Shown: piece after piece, positions 52,559-64,000 of the stretch | How positions within the stretch are numbered: the stretch's first letter is position 1 | Layout of the letters: every line of letters starts with the position of its first letter | Origin: Octopus sinensis | Taxonomy: Eukaryota | Reading direction: 5' to 3' | Length of the DNA: 64,000 bases | Assembly (NCBI RefSeq): GCF_006345805.1 | Contig: NC_043020.1 | Location: forward strand, 16,120,001 to 16,184,000 | Program-made: the position numbers and the translations under genes | The notes under the pieces: generated by a model | The model's database searches: none | What the model was told of the DNA's origin: nothing | The model's input: only the letters and a program-made list of their open reading frames with translations

Positions 52559-53984
52559 AATCCAAACATGAACAAGCAGGAAAAATCAACAATGCGAGGA
52601 TGTGAAATAAGTACAGTGTTATTGAACACTCAGGAAAGGAAAGAAAAGAAAGAGGATTTCATGTTTCGAGCGGAGCTCTTTATCAGAAATATAGAAAATG
52701 TCCAAAGAAGGGAAGACGGAGGAAGATAATCGCCAACGATACACACGGGATCATATATATATGTGTGTGTGTGTGTGTGTGAGTGTGTGTATGCATATAT
52801 ATGTATGTATGTATGTATGTGTGTATATAAATATATATATATACATATGTGGGTGGCACACAAAAATCACCATTTGAGCATGGCCATTGCCGGTACCGCC
52901 TGACTGGCCCTCGTGCTGGTGGCACGTAAAAGCACCCATTACACTCTCATAGTGGTTGGCATGCTTTTTTCGTGCCACCAGCACTAGTTATGTTGCCATG
53001 GGGCTTGCAATGCAGAAATGAACAGGGTTGGGGAAGGAAAAAGAAAATCTCCCATAACAAAGAGGAAATATTTGGGAAGAAAAGGTGGATGTGGGTGGTG
53101 GCTTTATGCCAGGTACTGAAAGGCTAATGTATGATAGAGGAACATGTGAAGCTGCTTTGGAAACTAACTGAGCCCAATCCTAGGCCAATAGATTTTGTAG
53201 CTTTCACATACGAATCACAAAATGTGACTGTTTGCCAGTTGTAAAATTGAAAATTGAAGACTGATGATGTCATTTCGTCAAAGCAAGAATGAAGGATCTC
53301 CTTGCTCAAATTTTTGAATTTGAATTTCTATAATTTTGAATTTCTATGCATCACTTTTCATTTTGAGCTCAACAAAGATAGGCAAGCTGTCAAAATATCG
53401 TTCAAACCAATAAAACATCTATTGCAATCGCATTGCTCTCCTTGTATTGTCTGTTTACCTTTTTGAGGAGTAAGGCCAATACTTTTAAAATATCAAAATC
53501 AAGTAGATTGAGATGATTGATTTTATGTTACACCAAATAAGAATTGAGATGTCTAGAAATTCTGGAAGTTACCTAAGTAGTCAGGTGTCTAAGGAAAATC
53601 GTAATATAAATTACAGCTTTTGCATTTTATTCCTTCTTACAGTTGGCTTGTCAACCCTGTTAGTTTTGATAGACCCTAGTGTCGAGCCAAATCCTAGACC
53701 AATGGATTTTGTACCATTCAAAAATGGGAATTTTCACCAGCTGTAAAACTGGAAATTGAAGACCGATGATGTAATTCCATCAAAGTAGAAATGCAGGAAC
53801 TCCCTGTTCAAACTTTTGAATCTGAATTTTTATAATTTTAAATTTCTATGTATCATTTTTCATTTTGAACTCAACAAAGTCAAGCAAGTTGTCGAAATAT
53901 CATGCAAACCAATAAAATAGTTATTGAAATTGCATCACACACTTTGTATAATAATAACAACAACAACAACAATAATAATGATGA

Positions 53985-54185
53985 TAATGAAAGTCTAATC
54001 ATTACAACCCAGGATCAAAAATTGAATACCAGCTCAATGAAAAGGGAAATATACCACACAAGTGCAAGAAACTTCTGCAGTATGTGTGGGAAGAAGGTCA
54101 AAAGTACAATTGTTAGTGCTTGTGAAAGTCTTGCGCTGGAATAGTACAAGTGGAGACATGACATGGTAACCCAAACCTTCACTTG
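53985..54185 (+). mobile_element. R4/Dong-like fragment after (AAC/AAT)n
   Basis: ESLIITTQDQKLNT...FCSMCGK...IVSAC..LA..*YKWRHD. Confidence 0.7.
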
Positions 54186-54482
54186 CCATTTTCATATCCT
54201 TCTATACATTGGATATACCGATTTCACGAAAGGGAGATAGACACAACTGTCTTCATATGATCTGCTTCAAATTACTCCACCAAACACGATACTCCAATAA
54301 ATACAAACTCTCAATGAGCTCAATGAATTCCTACGACTTCCATGAATTCTCAACGACTCCTACGACTTTTCTTGGTCCCAACCAATATGCTCCTTTTCAT
54401 AAGAATTCGGCTTATCCATTCTTCCACTCCCACAGGAGTGACAATGACTCTCACCACAATACTATGCATGTATATATGTATG

Positions 54483-54522
<40 letters not shown>

Positions 54523-54529
54523 TGATGAT

Positions 54530-55079
54530 ATGTTATGTCAGGTCACTTTCGAGTGCTACTGGTAACATGTAACTCAGTACAACCTGTTGCATGGCCGGGT
54601 CGTCGGCAACTAAACCGGCAACCCCACCAAGCTTGCTTCATGAGGAGGGTGTTTATTGGACACCCTGTGGGATGAAAAACAAAACCCGTCAAACTGCGGA
54701 GGAACTCTTGAGTGTCAACGGCCATCAAATAAATGTATCATGCGCGGGGACATAGAAATAATGGAACTGAATACCTGATTGCGAGGTTAAAGCATTGGGA
54801 GTGAAGGACTCCTAGCCTTTGTTAGGGCATCCTTCTAGGAGAAGGTAACTCAGGTAACTGGGATAACTCCAACATAAAACCTGCAGCTCAGTGGTTACCG
54901 ATGATGTTGACTTGTTCCTCTTTTTGGATTATGGCTGCTGTTGCTTAGTGAGTGGGATTGACTCAGTGCACAGCCTTTTCTCACTTTAAAAAAAATCTTC
55001 TTGCACAGGCATTGCTCGATAACAACATTGATTAAGCTTCGTGCAATGGCCATACTCGATAACGAGGGGACATCCACCA
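54530..55079 (+). mobile_element. Unclassified CpG-containing element within (TATG)n, possibly derived from an RTE 5' UTR
   Basis: Flanked by (TATG)n on both sides; GGGCATCCTTCTAGGAGAAGGTAACTC recalls RTE 5'UTR motifs; partial HDV-like fold at its 5' end. Confidence 0.4.
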
Positions 55080-55117
55080 TGTATGTATATATGTATGTAT
55101 GTATGTATGTATCTCAT

Positions 55118-55528
55118 TCTCATTTTCTCATTTTACTTGTTTCAGTCATTTTGACTGCGGCCATGCTGGTGCACCGCCTTTAATCGAGCAACTCGACCCC
55201 GGGACTTATTCTTTGTAAGCCCAGTACTTATTCTATCAGTCTCTCTTGCCGAACCGCTAAGTAACGGGGACATAAACACACCAGCATCGGTTGTCAAGCA
55301 ATGCTAAGGGGACAAACACAGACACACAAACATACACGCACATACATATATATACATATATTCGACAGGCTTCTTTCAGTTTCCGTCAACCAAATCAACT
55401 CACAAGGCTTTGGTCGTCACGAGGCTATAGTAGAAGACACTTGCCCAAGGTTCCATGCAGTGGGACTGAACCTGGAACCATGTGGTTGGTAAACAAGCTA
55501 CTTACCACACAGCCACTCCTGCGCCTAT
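55118..55528 (-). mobile_element. SINE-B
   Basis: Full-length homologue. Confidence 0.88.
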
Positions 55529-55574
55529 GTACACACACACACTCTTTTACTCTTTTTAGCTCAAGAGCTGTGGC

Positions 55575-55900
55575 TACAACTTCAATAATCCACCTTAGAT
55601 TTTGGTGAATGAGGGAGCTTGATGTTGGTGCCCTCATTTGTGTTTCTTTCCATGAAGTTGATTCGTTTGGGACCCTTGACAGTAGGAGATCCAGTTCTGT
55701 TTCAAAGACATCTACATCTGGCCCATGTAGGTCTCTCAAATCCTTCAGGGGGATACTAAGGAGCTAAGAGCCCTTGAATCTCAAGCTATTGCAGTATCTG
55801 GTCTGATATTTTGCTGGCAAGAGTGTAATCTATGACACTGTATAAGAGTTAGATAATCCAGAATAGTTTAGTGGATAGAGCAGTATCAACATTTGTATAT
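55575..55900 (-). mobile_element. CR1/L2-like LINE 3' end
   Basis: CNSLRFKG...LRDLHGPDVDVFETELDLLLSRVPNE...RAPTSSSLIHQ resembles the CR1-group C-terminus. Confidence 0.6.
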
Positions 55901-56097
55901 ATGCAGGGTACTAACAGAAGGAAGTCAAGATGGAAAAAGTATTATTTCAAGTAATATCAGAATATAGATGTACACATGCATGGACTCACACATACATATA
56001 CACACTTAAACACACACACACACACATGCCCACATATGTGCATTTGTGTATATGTATTGAATATACATGCATATATATATTTATAAATATATAAAAA

Positions 56098-56177
<80 letters not shown>

Positions 56178-56197
56178 ATATGTGCATGTGTGTATAC

Positions 56198-56278
<81 letters not shown>

Positions 56279-57139
56279 ATATATATATACATATGTATGT
56301 ATATGCACACATATACACATACACAGGCGCACCAGTTGTGTATGTCTTCATTCTTCCAGTTAGTTCCTAGGAATAATGTAATGAAAGAATAGATATTTGA
56401 GGAATTCACACATGCTAATCGAATTGTGAAGACATGTCTTGGACTGTTCTTGCAGAGCTCTGTAACAAAAGAGAAAGAGTGAAAGAAAGAGACAGAGAAA
56501 GAGAAAACAAAAGAATGCAAGAGAGAGAGAGAGAGGAGCGGGAAGTGAACCAGGCTAAATGTATTCTATGTGAAGTGAAAAATTGTCAGGAGAAATATGG
56601 AATCATTTTTATGGGTAAAAAAATGAAAACAGAATACGAGGAAATAAAATAAATCTATGGAAATCTTTGAATATAAGAAAAAAAAAATGGAAGGGTAGTT
56701 AGGTGTGCATGTGTGTGTCTTGAATAAATTATATCGGAAAGAAGATAGAATTAATAATCAAATAGACCGGAATTTCTCCATATATTGACCAGCTTGCATT
56801 GCGTTTCACTTTCACTTCAAATCAAGTCAGCCAAAGATTGATTATTTTTTTTGGTTTGGTTTTTGTTTGGTTTTTGTTTTGTTGTTTGAATATTTTCTTT
56901 AATACAGCAATAATTTGTTGTTGTTTTCTTCTTAATATGTTTTATTATTCTTCAGCTTATGGGGGAGAGATAGAGAGAAGAAGAAGAAGAAGAGGGAGAG
57001 AGAGGAGGAAAAGAGAGAGAGAGAGAGAGAGGGAGAGGTGGAGATAGTATTTGTGATAAGATGAAAACCATAACCCTAATTTCTGCTCTTCAGTCTTCAG
57101 CAAACCAGAACCTTTCAAATGTTTCCCTGCTTCCCTCCG

Positions 57140-57185
<46 letters not shown>

Positions 57186-57460
57186 TATTATTATTACTAT
57201 TATTATTATTATTATTATTATTACTATTATTATTATTAGTGCTGTTTTTTCTATTGTTGTTGTTGTTATTATTATTTATTGTTACTGTTGTTGTTCCTTG
57301 TCATTTTCTTCTTGTTCATCTTCTTGTTGTTGGTGTTCTTGCTATTATATTGTTGCTTATTGTTTATTGCTTTTGTTGTTGTTGTTATTATTATTATCAC
57401 TGCTTTTTTTTTTGTAATATTGTTGTTGTTATTAGTAGTAGTTATAGTAGTAGTAGTAGT
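57140..57460. repeat. (TTA)/(TTG) microsatellite
   Basis: Direct reading. Confidence 0.93.
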
Positions 57461-58115
57461 ATTTGCGTGAATTCTCATTAATCATTTTGAATTTGAAATA
57501 TTTTTTTCTAAAGCAAAACAAAAAAAAAAGAAGAAAGGAAAAATAAGAAATGATAAAAAAAAACAACAACTGAAGATCCCTTTTAAATTTGCACTTGTGA
57601 AGAAGAGAGAAATTTCCAGAAAAATTCTTCTTCTTCCAAGGAAATCTGTTTGATTTTCTGCTCAGTTGTCTGAATATTTGCAGGCAATAATTGCTTTTTC
57701 TGCCAACTAACTCATTTCAGAAAATTATCTCTAATTAATTCTTCTGTTATCTCTTCACAAGCATTTACTTCAAGACATTTTTTTGCTCATTCCCTCTCAT
57801 TTTTATTTCCTTCAAACATGGCTCAAATCTAAACATAAAATTGTCCAGAGGCAACTCAGACTCTTACACTGATTGTTGTCCTGGAAATTACTACAAAACA
57901 GTCCAATGTTTTCTACTATGTAGTAAATACATCCAGGTGTGGCTGTCTGGTAAGAAGTTTGCTTCCCAACCACATGGTTCTGGGCTCGGTCCCACAGCTT
58001 GGCACTTTGGGCAAGTGTCTTAAACTATGGTCCTAGGCTGACCAAAGCCATCTGAGTGGATTTGGTAGACAGAAACTCAAAGCTACATATATTTATTTAT
58101 CTATATCTTTATATC

Positions 58116-58147
<32 letters not shown>

Positions 58148-58186
58148 TGTATGTATTATGTATGTATGTATGTATGTATCTATCTA

Positions 58187-58350
<164 letters not shown>

Positions 58351-58596
58351 ATATATATATATAATAATAACAATAATAATAATAATAATAATAATAATAT
58401 TAGGGAATATGATTCCAAACTTACAGGGAAAAATTCAATTTAGTAATACTAAATCAAATTTCACAATATATAATACATGTATATAAATTAGTGAAGAACC
58501 ACCATGTAGCAATTCAACATAACATTAATAATGATAAAGAGAATGGAGATTTTTCACATCCATTATTTCATTCAACAATTATTTGCAGCATTTTTC

Positions 58597-58685
58597 CAGA
58601 CCTACACGTGTTTCAACTGCAGCGACTACACACAGTTGGATATGCAACATAATATCATGGCTGGTGCAGTTTCCTCAGCATTCTT
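58597..58685 (-). ncRNA. Candidate hammerhead ribozyme (helix I not evident)
   Basis: CTGAGGA, perfect 7-bp AACTGCA/TGCAGTT, GAA-ACACGTGT-A. Confidence 0.5.
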
Positions 58686-58709
58686 CACCCTAGACTGTTT
58701 CAAAATAAA

Positions 58710-58746
<37 letters not shown>

Positions 58747-58759
58747 CACACATATATAT

Positions 58760-59150
58760 TAGGTGCCGGTGTTGCTGTGTTGTGAGATGCTTGCTTCCCA
58801 ACCACATGGTTCCGAGTTCAGTCCTACTGCATAGCACCTTGAGCAAGTGTCTTTTACTATAGCCTCAGGCCAACTAAAACCTTGTGAGTGGATTTGGCAT
58901 ATGGAAACTGAAAGATTATCATATATATAAACATATATGTGCATGTGTCTTTGTGCCTCTGTTTGTCACTACTTGACAACCAGTGTGTTTGTATCTCTGT
59001 AACTTAACAGTTTGGCCAAAGAAATCGATAGAGTAAGTTCTAGGCTAAAGAAAACTCCCAAGATCAATTTATTCAACTAAAATCCTTCAAGGCAGTGTTC
59101 TAGCATGGCCAAAGTAAAATGACTGAAACAAGTAACAGAAAAGAATAAAA
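58760..59150 (+). mobile_element. SINE-B
   Basis: Diverged full-length homologue. Confidence 0.78.
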
Positions 59151-59789
59151 GAACATATATGTGTGTGTGAGTGTGTGTGTGTGTATGTGTGTGTGTGTGT
59201 GAGCATGTTTGCCTTTCTCCCCTACCATCACTTGACAACTGGTGTTGGTTTGTTTATAACCTGTAACTTAATGGTTCAGAAAAAGAGACTGATAGAATAA
59301 GTACCAGGTTTTTAAAATAAAGTACTGGAGTTGCTTTGTTAGACTAAAAAGAAAAACATCCAAGGTGGTGCCCCAGCATAGCCACCATCTAGCGTCTGAA
59401 ACAACTAAAACATAAAAGATTTATTTAGTTTTCCTTAAAAGATGTTTTTGAAAATGAAGTTCTTACACCAAATTATCTTGATTTCAGCCTTATTGAGTCT
59501 TATCAGTTTTTATGTGATCCAGGCCACATTTATCTCTGATCAACCAGTCAACAGTCTGTATAAATCATTTACTTTTTCTTTTAGCTTTTACATGCTCCAG
59601 TCATTTGAGTGTAGCCATGCAGCAGCACCACCTTTAGTTGAACAAATCGACCCCAGGACTTATTCTTTGTAGGCCTAGAACTTATTCTATCACTCTCTTT
59701 GCCGAACTGCTAAGTTATGGGGACATAAACACATCAACATCGGTTGTCAAGCAATGGTATGGGGACAAAAACATACACACACGCACATA

Positions 59790-59846
<57 letters not shown>

Positions 59847-59939
59847 TGTTTATATTGTATTATTGTGTATATATATATGTGTAGAATTATGAGTGTCTAT
59901 GCACACATTTTTATATTTATATGTAAATTTTTTTCATAC

Positions 59940-60071
59940 TTACATTAAATTCTCTGAAGAGGCTGTGAGACATTCTTGTTAATGTCTCATTTATACCTGC
60001 TTTATATGGCTAATAGGTTAAATGGGACATACCTGTCTTCACGGCCGAAACAGCTGTCAGCTACAATGTAA
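59940..60071 (+). ncRNA. Candidate type I hammerhead ribozyme with branched helix II
   Basis: CTGAAGA 59954-60; 8-bp GGCTGTGA/TCACGGCC; GAAA 60047-50; palindromic ACAGCTGT; GUC site 60056-58. Confidence 0.75.
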
Positions 60072-60371
60072 TTGTATTTTCTATTTCTATTTCTATGTCT
60101 AGTTATATTTGTAATATATTATGTATAATGTCATTGCTGTTGTGTAATGGTTTAATAAAGTATTGATTGGGTATTATCTGATGGTTGATGATTGATTTAG
60201 GTATGTTTCTCCATTTTCTCATTTTGTATATATATGTATATATATATATATTATTAACATAGTATTTGTAAATTTAATTTTATTTGGAACACTATATATT
60301 ATTAACACTAACCACTGGGCCATTGTGCCTCCATACACACACACACACATACACACACACACACACATATA

Positions 60372-61300
60372 CAGGGGTTGGACAAAATAATGGAAACACC
60401 TTAAAATTCCAAACAAATTTATTTTAATATGGGGAAGGACTGCCTTTGGCAGTAATTACAACTTGAATTCTACAAGGTATGGACTTGTACACAGCTTGAA
60501 TTGTTTCCAAAGGAATTTTTGTTCATTCTTCAGCTAAAACAGTCTCCAGTTCTTGTAGTGATGATGGTGGAGGATATCGACTCCTAACTTGTTTTTCTAA
60601 AATGCACCATAAATGTTCTGGAATATTGAGATCTGGGGACTGTGGTGGCCAGATAAGACGTTCAACTTCACTAGAATGTTCCTCATGCCATTCAGTAACC
60701 ACTTTAGCTGTGTGAATTGCTGCATTATCATCCTGAAAGATTGCATTTCCCTCTAGAAACTGTTCTGTAACCATAGGATGAATTTTATCAGATAAAATGC
60801 TTGAATAGACTTGACTATTAATTCTGCCATGAAGGGAAACCAGTGAGCCAGTGGATTTCCAAGATATAGCCCCACCCCCAGTTCATCACAGATCCTCCTC
60901 CAGGTTTAACAGTTAGAAGAAGGCAGTCTGGGTCAAATGCTTCTTTTGGCTGTCTCCACATGCATACTCAGCTGGTGGTCATAAATAAGGTAAAGGATGA
61001 CTCGTCCAAGATAATAACATTCTTCCACTGGTCTAGGGACCAATTCTGTAGGTTTTTACTCCACTCTAAATGCTTTGCAACGTTTGTTTTTGAAAGTAGC
61101 GGTTTTCTAATTGCAGTCCTCCTGTTAAATCCAGCTTTGTGCAGCTCTCGGTGAACAGTTTTTGTGGAAACTGGGTTCTCAAGGTGGTCATTAAGCTCTG
61201 CAGTAATTTGGGGAGCTGTACTTTTGTGATCCTTTCTAGCAATTCACGTAAGAGTCCAATGGCCCCTGTCTGAAAGTTTCGTTTTTTTTCCAGAGTTTTG
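60372..61300 (-). mobile_element. Tc1-like transposon, 5'-truncated, DD36E transposase pseudogene
   Basis: TA + TIR CAGGGGTTGGACAAAATAATGGAAACACC; LDES (D 61004-06), FQDDNA (D 60727-29), WPPQSPDLNIPE (E 60616-18). Confidence 0.9.
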
Positions 61301-61344
61301 TTTTGACAAGGAGGTTTTTCCCTCTTTCTCAAAGGCTATCATTA

Positions 61345-61534
61345 CTTAGAAAGTTACCCTCCAAGGCACAAGTCCAGGCAAAGTTGCAACTCATTTCTAC
61401 AGCTGAATGAACTGAAGCAACATGAAATAAAGTGTCTTGCTCAAGAACACAACACACAGTCCGGTCCGGGATTCGAACTCACAACCTCACGATCGTAAGC
61501 TCGATGCCCCAACCACTGAGTCATGCACCTTCAC
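61345..61534 (-). mobile_element. SINE-A (head A0 + deleted tail iii)
   Basis: Reverse complement matches 22015-22350. Confidence 0.75.
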
Positions 61535-61821
61535 GCACCTTATATAGTAGTTGTAATATATGATAGTCATAAAACGATTGTCAATGTTATACAAGCAGTG
61601 TCATTCATTTCTAAGATGCTATGTGACCATGTCTGGCCATAGGAAAAATGTTACCTTGCTTAGAAAGAGGTCAGGGTTGGTGACAGGAAGGGCATCCAGC
61701 TGTAGAAAAACTGCCTTGATAAACTCCATGCAACCCATACAAGTATGGAAAAGTGGATGTGAAAATGATGATATGATGACGAGGATTATGATGATGATGA
61801 TGACAATGGTAGCGATGATAT

Positions 61822-62045
61822 CTCTTTTTACTCTTTTACTCTTTTACTTGTTTCAGTCATTTGACTGTGGCCATGCTGGAGCACCGCCTTTAGTCGAGCA
61901 GATCGACCCCAGGACTTATTCTTTGTAAGCCCAGTACTTATTCTATCGGTCTCTTTTGCCGAACCGCTAAGTGACGGGGACATAAACACACCAGCAACGA
62001 TAGTCAAGCAATGCTAGTGGGACAAACACAGACACACAAACACGT

Positions 62046-62082
<37 letters not shown>

Positions 62083-62253
62083 CATATATACGACAGGCTT
62101 CTTTCAATTTCGATCTACCAAATCCACTCACAAGGCATTGGTCGGTCCGGGGCTATAGCAGAAGACACTTGCCCAAGATGCCACGTAGTGGGACTGAACC
62201 TGGAACCATGTGGTTGGTTAGCAAGCTACTTACCACACAGCCACTCCTGCACC
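61822..62253 (-). mobile_element. SINE-B
   Basis: Full-length homologue. Confidence 0.88.
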
Positions 62254-62814
62254 TATATATATATATATTTATCTTATATTCCTGTGAGCAGTGACAGTAA
62301 GAGATGTATCACGAGATGAAATAGACTGCGGTTTAGTCGAACAATAGTAACAATTAAAAGAAGTTAGTTCGGAAGAACGAAACGAAGGAATCGCGGATAA
62401 ATGTTTGTTTTTAAAGATTGCGTCTCTTGTCAAATGAAGCGTGGTTGTAATTGCAGCAAATGCACCAAGCACAAATATGCATAACAGAAGACAGTTAACG
62501 TAGCAATAACTTGTAACATGAGAAATCAATAAGAAGAAACAGTGATAATATCCTACTTTCTCCATCTGATTTAATTGGAATTTATCAGTATGATGCTGTG
62601 TTGGTATAAATGGTGGCTGATAGGCAGGGGAAGTGGAGGTGGGGAGCGAGATGAGCACAGCTTGTGAAGAGTTGCACTATATGTTTTACCGTTATTCACT
62701 GGTATTCAGTCTGGCACTAGAACACTACGGTACCTCACCGGTTTACTATATTCAATTCATTGCTAGGTGTCATTAAAGAAATACCAGTGACACAACAAGA
62801 GAAAGAAATAATTC

Positions 62815-63008
62815 TTATTTCTTTATTGCCCACAAGGGGCTAAACATAGAGGAGACAAACAAGGACAGACAAAGGGATTAAGGCGATTATATCGACTCCA
62901 GTGCATAACTGGTACTTAATTTATCGACCCCAAAAGGATGAAAGGTAAAGTCGACCTCGGCAGAATTTGAACTCAGAGTGTAGCGGCAGATGAAATACTG
63001 CTAAGCAT
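62815..63008 (-). mobile_element. SINE-C, partial
   Basis: Homologous to 41287-41518. Confidence 0.8.
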
Positions 63009-63054
63009 GACAACAAAACACTGCTCAATATTTTGTCCAGTCTCTTTTCTCTTT

Positions 63055-63458
63055 CTCTTTTCTCTTTTACTTGTTTCAGTCATTTGACTGCGGCCATGCT
63101 GGAGCACCGCTTTTAATCGAGCAACTCGACCCCGGGACTTATTCTTTGTAAGCCCAGTACTTATTCTATCAGTCTCTTTTTTGCCGAACCGCTAAGTGAC
63201 AGGGACGTAAACACACCAGCATCGGTTGTCAAGCGATGCTAGGGGGACAAACACAGACACACAAACACACACATATATATATATACATATATACGACAGG
63301 CTTCTTTCAGTTTCCGTCTACCAAATCCACTCACAAGGCATTGGTCGGCCCGGGGCTATAGCAGAAGACATTTGCCCAAGATGCCACGCAGTGGGACTGA
63401 ACCCGGAACCATGTGGTTGGTTAGCAAGCTACTTACCACACAGCCACTCCTGCGCCTA
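63055..63458 (-). mobile_element. SINE-B
   Basis: Full-length young homologue. Confidence 0.9.
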
Positions 63459-63589
63459 TACTAACAATTCTGCCAGAAAAATTACATTTTTATATTTCAT
63501 CAATGGCAGAAGAATAACAGGTAACATTAACTTTGATCTCCATCTTTTCCATACATCCTTTCCAGGTGTGAATAAAGACATTAATAGTC

Positions 63590-63748
63590 ATGGGTATGGC
63601 TGTGTGGCAAGAAGTTTGCTTCCCAACGACGTAGCTCTGGGTTCTGTCCCACTTAGGCAAGTGTCTTCTACAACAGCTCCGGGCTGGTCAAAGCCTTGTG
63701 AGTGGTTTAGGTAAACAGAAACTGAAAGAAGCCCTTCATGTGTATATA

Positions 63749-63813
<65 letters not shown>

Positions 63814-64000
63814 CCTCTTTTCTTGTTTCAGTCATTTGACTGCAGCCATGCTGGAGCACTGCCTTTAGTCAAGCAAATCGACCCCAGGACTTATTCTTTG
63901 TAAGCCTAGTACTTATTCTATCAGTCTCTTTTGCTGAACCACTAAGTTACGGAGATGTAAACACACCAGCATCGGTTGTCAAGCGATGTTGGGGGAACAA
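63590..64000. mobile_element. SINE-B head (+) and SINE-B tail (-) joined across (TA)n
   Basis: 63590-63740 is a + head; 63815-64000 is a reverse tail running off the window. Confidence 0.7.

Noticed and set aside
62400-62520. Cys-rich stretch DCVSCQMKRGCNCSKCTKH (piggyBac C-terminus-like)
   Set aside because: Short, bounded by stops, with no transposase core or TTAA/TIR evidence.

Overview
AT-rich eukaryotic DNA saturated with microsatellites and transposon relics. It is most likely from an octopus or other cephalopod, an inference from repeat content and style, and looks intronic or intergenic. I could not support any host protein-coding exon; almost all long ORFs in the track are microsatellite artefacts. 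Mobile elements found: three tRNA-headed SINE groups (working labels SINE-A, -B, -C); RTE-clade LINE copies, the youngest at 11790-14856 (-) with a PHD-like finger after the RT core and a 15-unit 3'UTR minisatellite; R4/Dong-like fragments embedded in (AAT)n; a CR1/L2-like 3' end; several Penelope-like (PLE) RT and GIY-YIG relics; a Helitron helicase relic and non-autonomous Helitron-like elements; an internally deleted mariner; and a Tc1-like transposase with DD36E spacing. There is a 100-N gap at 39002-39101. The most interesting signal is a set of self-cleaving-RNA candidates folded by eye. These are four sequence-distinct hammerhead folds (25944-26017, 36117-36162, 58597-58685, 59940-60071) plus decayed copies, one of them in an apparent tRNA-head SINE with a hammerhead tail and an inverted tail copy, and a partial HDV-like fold at 54531-54620.
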